Assembly (NCBI GenBank): GCA_963715195.1
Contig: CAVQRT010000031.1
Coordinates: 271,143-335,142, forward strand
Direction of reading: 5' to 3'
DNA length: 64,000 nucleotides
Source of the DNA: Thermodesulfovibrionales bacterium
GTDB lineage: Bacteria; Nitrospirota; Thermodesulfovibrionia; Thermodesulfovibrionales; SM23-35
The position numbers and the translations under genes were made by a program. Positions 51,119 through 61,377 of the stretch are shown here, in pieces. How positions within the stretch are numbered: position 1 is the first letter of the stretch; each line of letters begins with the position of its first letter. The notes beneath the pieces are model-generated. The model worked only from the letters and a program-made list of their open reading frames with translations, was not told where the DNA came from and searched no databases.

Positions 51119-51664
51119 ATGGATGAGATCATCGACATAATCCTGAACAAAATGCCTGTGGGTGTTGTTGTCTATAACAGGAAATTGCATATGGTCTATA
51201 CAAACAGAATGGCAGAGAATTTTTTGAAACGGTATTTTCTTCCGGACGAAATATCCCAGCTGACCAGGAGGATATTCGATGCGATGGATGCCTCCAGTCT
51301 GCAAGAATCCTTCCCCGGCGAAGTGTATATTTTCAAGAGGCTTGACGGCTCCTCGAGCAATTGGATATTCAGGTTTTTTCTGTCCGAGGGACCCAAAAAG
51401 CTTGTAGGCATTTTTATCATCGAGGAAAGGATTTCGCAAAAGCTTGACATGAATGAGATACGGAAGCAATTCAGGCTGACCCGACGGGAAACCGACATAC
51501 TCAGGCGCGTGCTCGATGGCTTGAAAAATGTCGAAATTGCAGAAGAGCTCGAGATCTCCGAGCAGACCGTGAAGGATCACCTGAGCAATATTTATATGAA
51601 ATCAGGGGTTGAAAACCGGTTTGATCTCGCACGGTTGCTTATGCATGCGGAGAACAGTTCATGA
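51119..51664 (+). CDS. LuxR-type HTH regulator with PAS-like N-terminus
   Basis: LTRRE, GLKNVEIAEELEISEQTVKDHLSNIY. Confidence 0.88.
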   Translation: MDEIIDIILNKMPVGVVVYNRKLHMVYTNRMAENFLKRYFLPDEISQLTRRIFDAMDASSLQESFPGEVYIFKRLDGSSSNWIFRFFLSEGPKKLVGIFIIEERISQKLDMNEIRKQFRLTRRETDILRRVLDGLKNVEIAEELEISEQTVKDHLSNIYMKSGVENRFDLARLLMHAENSS

Positions 51665-52603
51665 TCCCGGTTTGTTTCTGCAGAGGAGCTGCCTGGCATA
51701 TGCAATATCTTCCCTGATCTGTTTTTCAAGACTTGCTGCGTCCGGAAATGTGCGTTCTCCCCTTATTCTGTCGATAAAATATATCCTGATATTTTCTCCC
51801 AGCAGGTTACCGGAAAAACTGAAGAGGTGCACTTCATAACTGATCTTGTCATTGCCGAATGTCGGATTTTTTCCGATGTTTGCGACTCCGTTATGCACTG
51901 TGCCTCTTACACTGACCCTTACTGCATATACTCCTTCCCTGGGGGCGATCTCTACCGGTGTTGTGATATTTGCCGTCGGAATGCGGAGGAGTTGCTGTCC
52001 TCTTCCCTTTCCTTTTATAACACTTCCTTCAATTGAATATGGCCTTGCGAGAAATTTCGAAGCCTCGGAGACCGATCCCTTCTGGAGCAGTGACCTGACG
52101 GCGCTGCTGCTCACGATATTGCCGTGAACCATGACGTTTTTGATCGCCTGCACACCGAACCCGAGGAGTTTTCCCTGTTTTTTCAGCAGTTCAATGGTCC
52201 CTTTCTTATGCTTCCCAAAGGTATAGTGGTCCCCGACGATAATTTCCCTGACGCGCAGTTTTTTGATCAAGACCTCATTGATAAAATCATCGGGCAGTAA
52301 GCCGGAGAATTCCTTATTGAAATTTATCAAGAGCAGGACATGGATCCCCATTGCCTCGATAAGCCGCGCCTTTTCCTCTGTTGTCGTGAGCAGTTTAATA
52401 TTTCTTTCCGGTGCGATGACCTTTACCGGATGAGGCTCAAACGTCATCACCATGGACGTGCCTTTTGTCTCCGCAGCTTTCTTGACCACTGCTGACAGGA
52501 TTTTCTGATGGCCAAGATGCACCCCGTCATAATTGCCTATGGTGAGGACAGTATCAGGATACGGCCTCTCCAGAGCTTCAAGGCCGACAACAATCTCCAT
52601 CAT
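51659..52603 (-). CDS. ribF: Bifunctional riboflavin kinase/FAD synthetase
   Basis: GNYDGVHLGH, SSS, PTAN, NIG.NPTF, EVH. Confidence 0.95.
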   Translation of the reverse strand: MMEIVVGLEALERPYPDTVLTIGNYDGVHLGHQKILSAVVKKAAETKGTSMVMTFEPHPVKVIAPERNIKLLTTTEEKARLIEAMGIHVLLLINFNKEFSGLLPDDFINEVLIKKLRVREIIVGDHYTFGKHKKGTIELLKKQGKLLGFGVQAIKNVMVHGNIVSSSAVRSLLQKGSVSEASKFLARPYSIEGSVIKGKGRGQQLLRIPTANITTPVEIAPREGVYAVRVSVRGTVHNGVANIGKNPTFGNDKISYEVHLFSFSGNLLGENIRIYFIDRIRGERTFPDAASLEKQIREDIAYARQLLCRNKPGS

Positions 52604-53192
52604 GACCCTTAGACATGAGCTTTTTATAGATATCTCTCACTTGCTGCTCCGTCTCTTCCATTGTTCCATTATTATTTATTGTAAAGTCAGACCTGCTGGC
52701 CTTTTCCTCTAAAGGGAGCTGCGACCGGATTCTTTCAATGGCCTCTCCCCGCTTTACGCCTTTTTTTTCAAGCCGTTCAAGTGCTTCTTCCTGCGCTGTT
52801 TGTACCGTAATGATTTTTTGAAATCCGCCTTCATAGTTCCGTTCAAAAAGGAGTGGCGTCTCGACAACAACGATGTTGCTTTTTCTTTCTTCACGCTCAA
52901 GGAGATGGTTTATCTTCTCGAATACCTGAGGATGAAGAATGTCCTCGAGAGAGTGCCTCAAAACAGCATGTGCAAAGATTAAGGAGGCAACTTTTTTTTT
53001 ATCAAGGCCGCCATCCGGGCGAAACACCCTGTCACCGAGAAGATTTTTGATTTTTTTTATCACTGTTTCTTCCCGGAGCAGGGATGCAACGATTTCATCT
53101 GCATCATAAGCAATCGCTCCGAGATTCCGGAACATCTTCAGCACCGTGCTTTTCCCCGTACCATAATTGCCGGTCAACCCCACCAGAAGCAT
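52578..53192 (-). CDS. coaE: Dephospho-CoA kinase
   Basis: GLTGNYGTGKS, DAD, LHP, PLLFE. Confidence 0.93.
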   Translation of the reverse strand: MLLVGLTGNYGTGKSTVLKMFRNLGAIAYDADEIVASLLREETVIKKIKNLLGDRVFRPDGGLDKKKVASLIFAHAVLRHSLEDILHPQVFEKINHLLEREERKSNIVVVETPLLFERNYEGGFQKIITVQTAQEEALERLEKKGVKRGEAIERIRSQLPLEEKASRSDFTINNNGTMEETEQQVRDIYKKLMSKGHDGDCCRP

Positions 53193-53298
53193 AGCCAGTA
53201 TTATACCAGTTCGGACGTAGCGTGTAGCGGAAAGAATAGTCCCAGTCTTGCAGTGATAAATCTTCTGTCTAAAATCACCTGTCAGGATTATGAAAGGA

Positions 53299-54210
53299 TT
53301 ATGCTGCCCTGATGCCCCCGATTATATCCCTGACGGTATGAATATTTTTTCTTTGGAGATACGCAGCCAGTCCCTCGATAATCTCAGAAGTTGCCCGTGG
53401 ATTCAGGAAGTTGCCTGTGCCTACCTGAACGGCAGAAGCACCTGCAAGCAAAAATTCTATGGCATCCGAAGCATTGAGGATGCCGCCTATTCCTATGACA
53501 GGGATGCTTACCGCCTGAGATGCCTCCCAGACCATTCTCAATGCGATTGGTTTGATTGCCGGGCCTGACAATCCGCCTGTTACATTGGCAAGTTTTGACT
53601 TTCGCGTCTCAATGTCAATCGACAGGGCCGGGATGGTATTAATCAGCGATATGGCATTGCTTCCTGCATCCTCGGCTGCCCTCGCAAAAACAGGTATGCT
53701 CGATACATTCGGAGAAAGCTTTGTTATGACTACCGTAGCACCTGAAGCTTGTTTAACGGCACCGACAAGCTTTGCGAGTGAACGCTGATCGGTGCCAAAG
53801 GCCATCCCGCCTTTTTTTACATTCGGGCATGACACATTCAACTCAATTCCGTCAACGCCTGTTTCATCGAGTGCTCTCGCAAGCCTGACGTATTCCTGAA
53901 CGCTCTTTCCGAGGATGTTGACGATAACCTTTGTGTCAAAATTCCTGAGGTAGGGCAGTTTTTCTTTGAGAAACTTCTTCAGGCCCACATTCTGAAGGCC
54001 GATTGCGTTCAGCATCCCACAGGGCGTCTCGCATATCCTCGGGGCAGGATTCCCCTCCATGGGTTTCAGGGAAATTCCCTTCACCACGATGCCACCGAGC
54101 AGATTCAGATCGACAAACTCATTGTATTCCTCACCGTATCCGAACGTACCGGACGCGGTCAAGACCGGGTTCTTGAGGTTCAGTTTCCCTATGTTGACAG
54201 ATAAATCCAC
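53299..54210 (-). CDS. pyrD: Dihydroorotate dehydrogenase B catalytic subunit
   Basis: ASGTFG, NAIGLQN, NVSCPN, KLSPN, GGLSG. Confidence 0.95.
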   Translation of the reverse strand: MDLSVNIGKLNLKNPVLTASGTFGYGEEYNEFVDLNLLGGIVVKGISLKPMEGNPAPRICETPCGMLNAIGLQNVGLKKFLKEKLPYLRNFDTKVIVNILGKSVQEYVRLARALDETGVDGIELNVSCPNVKKGGMAFGTDQRSLAKLVGAVKQASGATVVITKLSPNVSSIPVFARAAEDAGSNAISLINTIPALSIDIETRKSKLANVTGGLSGPAIKPIALRMVWEASQAVSIPVIGIGGILNASDAIEFLLAGASAVQVGTGNFLNPRATSEIIEGLAAYLQRKNIHTVRDIIGGIRAA

Positions 54211-54254
54211 GGGATTTTAATCTTGTGAGTTGATGGGATTGTCCAATCTATCGA

Positions 54255-55025
54255 TTACCATACGATTTCGTCTATCGAAAATACCGGCCCTTCCTTACAA
54301 ACTCTTTTATACCCCGCTACTGTCTGCACAGCACACCCGAGACATGCACCGAACCCGCATGCCATGTTTTCCTCGAGAGATACAAATCCCTTCAGCTGAT
54401 TTTCCAGAGCTATTTTAGCCACAGCAGCGAGCATGGGTTTTGGTCCGCAGGCGTAGATCATATATGAAGCGCCTTTGGACGAAGGAGACGCCAGAAAACT
54501 GGTCAAAATGTCAGTTGCCTTCCCATCCCCGCCAAAAGAGCAGTCATCAGTACAGGTCATGAGATCGCTTTCTAACCGCTCTAATTCTTTCAGCAGCAGA
54601 AGATCACTTTTGCACCTGGCGCCGTATATGAGGCATATTTTATTCGTGAGGCGTTCTGCGAGGGGAAAAAGGGAGGCGATACCTACTCCACCAGCAATAA
54701 GCAATGGAGTAAATCCTCTCTTGGGGTTCGGATATCCGGTACCGAGAGGACCGATTACCTGTATTTCACTGCCTGGTTTCAATGCCTTCATCTTCGCTGT
54801 CCCTTTTCCCCTCACTGTGTAGAGGAATTGAAGGGTGGCAGGAGTTTTTCTGAAATAACTGAAAGGCCTTTTCAGCAGGGGGTCGAGTGAATTGCCTGTC
54901 TCCACCATGTAGAACTGGCCTGGGGCTGGTTCGATGGTCGGCCCAAGAGGCTCTATGGTAAGGAGATAATTCTTTCTGTTTAACGGAAGGTTATCGGTTA
55001 CTTTTGCGGTGAAGATCCTATGCAA
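54255..55025 (-). CDS. pyrK: Dihydroorotate dehydrogenase electron transfer subunit
   Basis: PGQF, RPFS, GPLG, ACGP, MACGFGACLGC, CKEGPVF. Confidence 0.93.
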   Translation of the reverse strand: MHRIFTAKVTDNLPLNRKNYLLTIEPLGPTIEPAPGQFYMVETGNSLDPLLKRPFSYFRKTPATLQFLYTVRGKGTAKMKALKPGSEIQVIGPLGTGYPNPKRGFTPLLIAGGVGIASLFPLAERLTNKICLIYGARCKSDLLLLKELERLESDLMTCTDDCSFGGDGKATDILTSFLASPSSKGASYMIYACGPKPMLAAVAKIALENQLKGFVSLEENMACGFGACLGCAVQTVAGYKRVCKEGPVFSIDEIVW

Positions 55026-55494
55026 AGCTGATCTCTAAGATCTCGTACTCCACGGTTTTTGCGGGAACCTTGATGGTGACAACGTCGCCTACTTCCTTGT
55101 TCAGTAAGGCCTTGCCGACAGGCGAGCTGATGGATATTTTCCCGTTTTTCACGTCCGCTTCTTCAGGGCCGACAAGCATGAAGCTTTTCTCTTCGTCGGA
55201 CGAGAGGTCGATGACTTTCACGGTGGCTCCGAAGGCAATTTTTTCCTGTGAGATCTTGGAGGGGTTGATGACATCTGCAAGGGCAAGTTTAGTCTTCAGT
55301 TCCTGGATCTTTCCTTCGATAAATGACTGTCTTTCTTTTGCAGCATGGTATTCGGCATTCTCTGAAAGATCCCCGTGCGCCCTTGCCTCGGAGATATCCT
55401 TGATGTTCCTGGGCCTGTCGACTTTCAGCAGCCGGGCCAGTTCTTCCTGAAGTTTCTGGAATCCGTCCGGTGTTATTGGCATCCTTCTGAGCAC
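55018..55494 (-). CDS. greA: Transcription elongation factor GreA
   Basis: AHGDLSENAEY, ISSPVGKAL. Confidence 0.96.
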   Translation of the reverse strand: MLRRMPITPDGFQKLQEELARLLKVDRPRNIKDISEARAHGDLSENAEYHAAKERQSFIEGKIQELKTKLALADVINPSKISQEKIAFGATVKVIDLSSDEEKSFMLVGPEEADVKNGKISISSPVGKALLNKEVGDVVTIKVPAKTVEYEILEISFA

Positions 55495-55603
55495 GATATC
55501 CCCCTTTTTGAATAAATTAATGTAACACTTTTATCATGAATTTTTCTATAGTAGATGTCAGGGCGCATGCCCGGGAAACCTTGAAGATACAAGGAGTATA
55601 CCG

Positions 55604-57280
55604 ATGAGATTTTCAAAAATGTTCATACCGACCTTGCGCGAAGTCCCTGCTGATGCCGAAGCATCCAGTCATATCCTTATGCTGAGAGCAGGATATGTCA
55701 GACAACTTGCAGCAGGACTCTATATCTATCTTCCGCTTGCACTCAGAGTTACACGGCGGATACATCAAATCCTCCGTGAAGAGATGAACGCAATAGGAGC
55801 ACAGGAAATTGCCCTGCCTGCGCTGCATCCTGCCGAGATATGGCAGGAGACCGGAAGGTGGTATGAAATAGGGGATGAGATGTTCAGGCTGAAGGACAGG
55901 TCCGGCCGCGATATGTGCCTTGGCATGACCCATGAGGAGATTATGACTTGGCTTGCGGCAAGAGAAATCCGCTCTTACAGGGACCTGCCGCAGACATGGT
56001 ATCAGATCCAGACGAAACTGAGGGATGAGGCCAGGCCGAAAAGCGGCGTCCTCAGGACGAGGGAATTCCTGATGAAGGACAGCTACAGTTTTGATGCGGA
56101 CGAAGAAGGACTCGAAAGGAACTATCAGCTCCACGCCGAGGCATATCAGAAGATATTTTCACGCTGTGAATTGAAATTCTACATGGTGCAGTCGGATCCG
56201 GGCATGATGGGAGGTGCTGTCTCCCACGAATTTATGGCTCCGAGCCTTGCAGGAGAAGACGAGGTTGTTATCTGCGATTCCTGCGGCTATGCCGCAAATG
56301 TGGAGCTTGCCCTCTCAAACCCGAAGAAAATTGAGATCATTGACTGGGAATTCGAAGAAGTCCACACCCCGGAAAAACGCACTGTTCAAGAGGTTTCGAA
56401 TTTCCTGAAGCTGAATCCGGAATATTTTATAAAAAGCCTTCTCGTCATCAGTGATGACGGCCCTGTGCTTGCCCTTGTGAGAGGCGATCAGGAGCTGCAT
56501 GAAAAAAAGCTCGGCAGGATTATCGGGAAGCACAGACCTGCACAGAAGGAAGAGATAAGGGAGATGCTGGGTGTTGAAGCCGGTTTCATAGGGCCTATGG
56601 GACATAATGTCCGGATTGTTGCCGATACCTGCCTTCAGGAAGGTGTTTATGTCAGCGGCGCGAACAGGCAGCACTACCATGCTAAGGGTATAAGACCAGG
56701 AAGGGATTTTACTGCTGCCTGGCATGACATAACCCTTGCAAAGGATGGTGATTTCTGCACAAAGTGTAATGCCCCGATACAGATCGAACGGGTTATCGAA
56801 GTGGGGAATATCTTCAAGCTCGGCACGAAATACTCCATTCCGCTGAAAGCACTGTACCTTGATGAAAAGGGACAGGAAAAGCCCGTTATCATAGGAAGCT
56901 ATGGCATCGGTCCGGCACGCATTGCTGCCGCAGTCATCGAGCAAAACCATGATAAGGACGGCATCATCTGGCCAAAGAGCATCGCGCCGTTTGATATTGA
57001 GATCCTGCCATTGAACATGAAAGATGCCGGAACGCAGGAAGCCGCTGAAAGCCTCTACGAAGTCCTGAACGCAAAAGGCTATGAGGTGCTGATGGATGAC
57101 CGTGATGAGAGGGCAGGGGTGAAGTTCAAAGATGCAGATTTAATCGGCATACCTACTCAGATAGTCATCGGCGAAAAGAACCTGAAGGATGGTCTTGTTG
57201 AAATCAAGGATAGAAAGACAAAAGAAGTCACGAAGGTGGAAGTTTCGGGGGTGTTAGAACATATTTCTTCCTCATGTTGA
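55604..57280 (+). CDS. proS: Proline--tRNA ligase
   Basis: THEE, RDEARP, REFLMKDSYSF, EVGNIFKLG, YGIG, GVKFKDADLIG. Confidence 0.97.
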   Translation: MRFSKMFIPTLREVPADAEASSHILMLRAGYVRQLAAGLYIYLPLALRVTRRIHQILREEMNAIGAQEIALPALHPAEIWQETGRWYEIGDEMFRLKDRSGRDMCLGMTHEEIMTWLAAREIRSYRDLPQTWYQIQTKLRDEARPKSGVLRTREFLMKDSYSFDADEEGLERNYQLHAEAYQKIFSRCELKFYMVQSDPGMMGGAVSHEFMAPSLAGEDEVVICDSCGYAANVELALSNPKKIEIIDWEFEEVHTPEKRTVQEVSNFLKLNPEYFIKSLLVISDDGPVLALVRGDQELHEKKLGRIIGKHRPAQKEEIREMLGVEAGFIGPMGHNVRIVADTCLQEGVYVSGANRQHYHAKGIRPGRDFTAAWHDITLAKDGDFCTKCNAPIQIERVIEVGNIFKLGTKYSIPLKALYLDEKGQEKPVIIGSYGIGPARIAAAVIEQNHDKDGIIWPKSIAPFDIEILPLNMKDAGTQEAAESLYEVLNAKGYEVLMDDRDERAGVKFKDADLIGIPTQIVIGEKNLKDGLVEIKDRKTKEVTKVEVSGVLEHISSSC

Positions 57281-57384
57281 TTTCTCATTACACCTTAAGA
57301 TACAGTAGAAAAAGACGAGGCGTGGGCTGCGGGTTTGCAGTAAAGGCTCCGTGACTCCCTAACTCGCCTCATTGAAATAGTTAT

Positions 57385-57738
57385 ATGAGAATAAAACTAA
57401 TTCTCTTAATCTTTCTGACAACTGCATTAGTTTTTCTGTTTCTCATGAGGTTTCCCTGTTTTGCGGGCGATGAAGATCCATGCAAGGATCAAGGAATGAC
57501 AGTCAGAAATCTTTCCTTTAAAGAGATTTGGTATAAGCAGAAAGATGGCGACTGCACCATATTGAAACGGAATTACTCATTTAATATAAGACCTGGTGAA
57601 GAAATACGGCTTTTTTCAGATAATGTTTGCGAAACGATATATTGTCCTGCGTGTACATATTCAGTCTATAAATCATATGATGCCAACGGTGATTGCAGGG
57701 TTAAAATTCTTCCTGAAAAAGCATTGTCTGACATGTAA
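57385..57738 (+). CDS. Hypothetical secreted Cys-containing protein
   Basis: Signal-peptide-like N-terminus; 6 Cys in mature part. Confidence 0.55.
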   Translation: MRIKLILLIFLTTALVFLFLMRFPCFAGDEDPCKDQGMTVRNLSFKEIWYKQKDGDCTILKRNYSFNIRPGEEIRLFSDNVCETIYCPACTYSVYKSYDANGDCRVKILPEKALSDM

Positions 57739-57877
57739 TGAGTAATATTTCAATAATTTGGAATATTTGAGTCGTTTCAGGCTCGGCGTTAGCTTTTCTA
57801 TGAAGGGATCATGTTTATTGAGGCTTTAGAAGTTCAAATATCAGGAAAACCGGTACCTTTTTCATTCTTGTACCTCT

Positions 57878-59398
57878 TTAGTAAGACTTGAGGATCATCT
57901 GGTTTATGGACGAACGTGTTTCTCCTACTGAGGTAACTCGAACAGCAGCCTTATCGCGGATAGGACATTTGTTCTCGCAGATACCACATCCGATGCAGAG
58001 ATTGGGGTCTATGTAGGGGCGCTTCAGCGTTTTTACCTTTCCATCACGGAGCTGCACATCAACGGTCTTGAACCATATTGCTTTAGGTGATGTGGGACAG
58101 ACCTCTTCGCAGACGATGCAGTCTGTATTCATTGCCCATGGCAGGCATCTTCCCTGATCGTAAAAGGCAGTGCCGATCTTTACCGGCTTCTGTCCTGAAC
58201 CCATACCCAGTTTTGTTTCAACCGTAAGCGGCGAAATCGCACCGGTGGGGCATACCCGGCTGCACAGCACGCAGTTATACTCACAGTAACCGATCCTGTT
58301 CATCAGGAGCGGGGTCCAGATCCCTTCAAAGCCTGCCTCCAGCAACGCTGGCTGAATAACATTGGTAGGACAAACCTTCATACATTCGCCACATTTAATG
58401 CACCTTCGCAGGAAGTCCCCCTCGGTAATAGAGCCGGGAGGTCTTATCACACGGGGCTGGGGCGATGTCCCGGAGGCGATGGTGCTTCGCATCACCGGAA
58501 AGAGGACAGCTCCTGCAAGTGCGGTCTCAATCAGTCTTCGGCGGTTCACATCAAGGGGCTTCTGCACTGAACTTGAAGTTTTCGGCAAACCGTAATGAAT
58601 TGCATTCTCAGGACAGTCCTCGATACAGTTCATGCAGAGGTGGCATTCAGTGACCCGCAGCGCCGCATGGGGATCGCATCCGCCGTGACAGTGACCGAGG
58701 CATTTCTTGCAGTCGGTACAAAGTTCAACATCGCGCCTTATGCTGAGAAGCGGCCTGAAAGAAAGCAGTCCGAGGAGCGCGCCAAGGGGACAGACTGCAC
58801 GGCACCAGAATCGCGGCAGGAACCTGTTTGCAAATATCACCACAATGAAAATCAATCCTATGAATGTTCCGCCGTGGAAAAGGGGCTGCTTCAGATAAAT
58901 CCAGTCCCTCCCGTAATTGACGGCTGGAAACAGAGCAATCACGAATGACCTTGTTATCAAAGAGATAGGATCGAGCAATCCTGTCTGGAGTGCACCGAAA
59001 GCAGCAAGGACAAGGAACAGGGCAAGGATATAGTATTTAAGACGGTAAAGAGTGCGATAAGAATTCAGCGCAACCGTATCAACAGCCCTCAATCTGGTGA
59101 AGATACTTCCGGCAATCTGGTTGATGATCCCCATAGGACAGACCCAGGAACAGAAAAAGCGGCCAAAGAAGAGCGTTCCGACGATGATAAGAAGCGAAAG
59201 GACAAGACCCTTGTAGACGGTCCAGCTCGTGAGAAAGGCGGCGAGTGCAGTAAGGGGATCAAGTTCGAGAAAGAGCGGGGTTTCATAACCCTTCATACGT
59301 CCGAAGCTTGTAAGCCAGAGGAGAAGCACGAAGAGAACCAAAAAAAAGGCAGCATAAATCCGCCTGATGTTCCGCAATGTCAGTATTTTCCGAGTCAT
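57878..59398 (-). CDS. Membrane polyferredoxin (NapH/MauN-like fused to NapG/MauM-like)
   Basis: GRFFCSWVCPMG, WCRAVCPLG, RPPG, multiple CxxCxxCxxxCP. Confidence 0.87.
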   Translation of the reverse strand: MTRKILTLRNIRRIYAAFFLVLFVLLLWLTSFGRMKGYETPLFLELDPLTALAAFLTSWTVYKGLVLSLLIIVGTLFFGRFFCSWVCPMGIINQIAGSIFTRLRAVDTVALNSYRTLYRLKYYILALFLVLAAFGALQTGLLDPISLITRSFVIALFPAVNYGRDWIYLKQPLFHGGTFIGLIFIVVIFANRFLPRFWCRAVCPLGALLGLLSFRPLLSIRRDVELCTDCKKCLGHCHGGCDPHAALRVTECHLCMNCIEDCPENAIHYGLPKTSSSVQKPLDVNRRRLIETALAGAVLFPVMRSTIASGTSPQPRVIRPPGSITEGDFLRRCIKCGECMKVCPTNVIQPALLEAGFEGIWTPLLMNRIGYCEYNCVLCSRVCPTGAISPLTVETKLGMGSGQKPVKIGTAFYDQGRCLPWAMNTDCIVCEEVCPTSPKAIWFKTVDVQLRDGKVKTLKRPYIDPNLCIGCGICENKCPIRDKAAVRVTSVGETRSSINQMILKSY

Positions 59399-60387
59399 AC
59401 GTTCAGTTCTGCAATGTCACGTGATTTCCAGTCGGAAGTCCCGATACCCTTCTTTTCTGCCATCATGATGAAAGGAATGTCTTCCACTTTCAGATCAAGA
59501 AACCTGAGGCCATAAGCTTCTACTGATACGATATCTGTCCCTGCGACAATGGTGTTCTCGATTGATACGTCCGACAGGTTCCCCCCGGTGGGGCCGTTCC
59601 TTTTGAGGACCCTCGTGGCATCCATCACCGTGAGGGTAGGCCTAATCGCTGACGCAAGATCAGCAATGGCTGTATTGATGTCCTGATGCAGACGGTTCCT
59701 CTGGCCGCCGAGTGTACCATAAAGGTTCTTCATTGCCATGGTGCATTTACTGAGCGAGTGATGTTTCACCACTGGCAGGTTAATCACTTTGTCCGCCTGA
59801 TGGTAAAAGATGCTCACAGGCCATACCTTGAGAGACTCCCCCTTGAAATCGGTGGGGACGAAGTCACTCTCAGTGGTGAACCTGATCTTGCCACCCGCTT
59901 TTTTTACCGCACCCTCAATCCCGGAACGGGCAAAACTCCGGTACGGGTCGTTAACCGACACGTCTGTCACCCAGACTTCAGAGGCCCGCGCCTCGAAACA
60001 CAGCTTCACGACGGCGGCTACGACCGCGGGATTCGTGTTTGCCGCCTGTTCTGGTTGTCTGTCCCAGGCAGCGTTCGGCTTTAACAGGACTTTTTCGCCG
60101 GGGTTTACAAAACGTCCCATGCCGCCGAGAGTTTCAAGTGCAGCCCGAACCATCTTCTCGGCTTCTTTGCCATGGACAACCGCAAGATGAGGATACCCGT
60201 TCTTCTCTTCAGTGCGAAAGTCCCTGAAAGTGTATATTCTGGTAGTACGCCGTTGGACCGCCTCTTTGCTGTAAAAAACATATCCCCATATTCCTGTGGC
60301 TGCTGCAAAGCCACAAGTTGCAGCGGTCCGCATGAGGAATTGTCTTCTGCTGATAAACGGTTCCTTCTCGCTATTTTTCGATGACAT
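59395..60387 (-). CDS. DUF362-domain protein with twin-arginine-like N-terminus
   Basis: SRRQFL, LKPN, TNP, PVVKHH, MKNLYG, R..LH, GPTGG. Confidence 0.85.
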   Translation of the reverse strand: MSSKNSEKEPFISRRQFLMRTAATCGFAAATGIWGYVFYSKEAVQRRTTRIYTFRDFRTEEKNGYPHLAVVHGKEAEKMVRAALETLGGMGRFVNPGEKVLLKPNAAWDRQPEQAANTNPAVVAAVVKLCFEARASEVWVTDVSVNDPYRSFARSGIEGAVKKAGGKIRFTTESDFVPTDFKGESLKVWPVSIFYHQADKVINLPVVKHHSLSKCTMAMKNLYGTLGGQRNRLHQDINTAIADLASAIRPTLTVMDATRVLKRNGPTGGNLSDVSIENTIVAGTDIVSVEAYGLRFLDLKVEDIPFIMMAEKKGIGTSDWKSRDIAELNV

Positions 60388-60420
60388 AGTATTCCCTGTA
60401 AGGTTTTTATCTCTTCTCGC

Positions 60421-61377
60421 TCAAAAATATTTTAAGATTCCTTCATCATCAGTGCCGAATACACTGTACATCGTGTCATGAGCTGGGATGAGAAACCAGG
60501 TCCCTTCATATTTATCCATCACCCTGTACACTTCCTTTCCGCTTTTTTCAAGCTTTTCATACGGTATCGCGTATTTTCTGAAGTAGTCGAGAAAGGAAGA
60601 CAGTAACGATTTCATCTCTTGTCCACTGCCTGTCACGAGAGCCACTTTGATCTTTTTGTCACTGGCGGAATACTCTCGCTCGATCACATTGTGAAGAAAA
60701 TCGAGGCCGCGGTAGCTCTCCTTCACAAACCTCGTTCTCTCGATCTTTCCAAGATTAGGGAATTTCGAAAAGACCTGGAATGATCCCTTTTCCGGGGAGA
60801 GCGTATCAGCGAATCCCTTTGCAAATTTGAGCACCGGTGCCTCGGGACTGTAGGCCGTGATCTTCACATAATAACGGCCCTTGATAAAGCTTATACCTCC
60901 GGATGTCTTAAATCCCATAGCACCAACAGAGACCGGAGCAGCATTTTCCCCGGATTCATCCGCCAGCACACCGAATGCCTGTATGCTTTTCCCCATATCA
61001 AAAATCTCTGTCTGTATCTCTGCCTGTGTGGTCCCGGAACCGGAAGTGATGTATTCAGTCACGGTAAGTCCTGCAAACCCTGCACTGATAAAATACTCTG
61101 CATGGCCGTTCACGTGTTCGTAGAGGTTTTCTTTTGTATAGTGTCTTGCCTGACCGAGCTGTCGGAATCCCGCGATTTCCTGAGAAGTTTGGACAATTAA
61201 CGATTGCTCAACAGATGGAGGGGATGCAATAGCTGATACAGGGGCTTCCCGTCCCGCCTCTGTCTTGAAATCGATCAGGGAGCTATCAAATCTCTGGCCG
61301 CTAAAATAGATGACAGCAGCGATACAGGGCAGCAGGCCGATGAGAAGGATGCGATACCTGAGCCGAACGGGGTTCAT
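60421..61377 (-). CDS. Membrane-anchored protein, DUF6599-like
   Basis: N-terminal TM; LYEHVNGHAE, FDMG, AFG, FIKGRYYV motifs; in operon. Confidence 0.65.
   Translation of the reverse strand: MNPVRLRYRILLIGLLPCIAAVIYFSGQRFDSSLIDFKTEAGREAPVSAIASPPSVEQSLIVQTSQEIAGFRQLGQARHYTKENLYEHVNGHAEYFISAGFAGLTVTEYITSGSGTTQAEIQTEIFDMGKSIQAFGVLADESGENAAPVSVGAMGFKTSGGISFIKGRYYVKITAYSPEAPVLKFAKGFADTLSPEKGSFQVFSKFPNLGKIERTRFVKESYRGLDFLHNVIEREYSASDKKIKVALVTGSGQEMKSLLSSFLDYFRKYAIPYEKLEKSGKEVYRVMDKYEGTWFLIPAHDTMYSVFGTDDEGILKYF

Noticed and set aside
24295..51664. Quorum-sensing circuit from lactonase-family and LuxR-type genes
   Set aside because: Genes are 26 kb apart, no LuxI, and the LuxR N-terminus is PAS-like, not an autoinducer-binding domain
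33100..56950. Long antisense ORFs (e.g. 33100-33822, 34138-34794, 41569-42165, 50966-51580, 56315-56950)
   Set aside because: Shadow frames of well-supported genes, with no motifs or RBS
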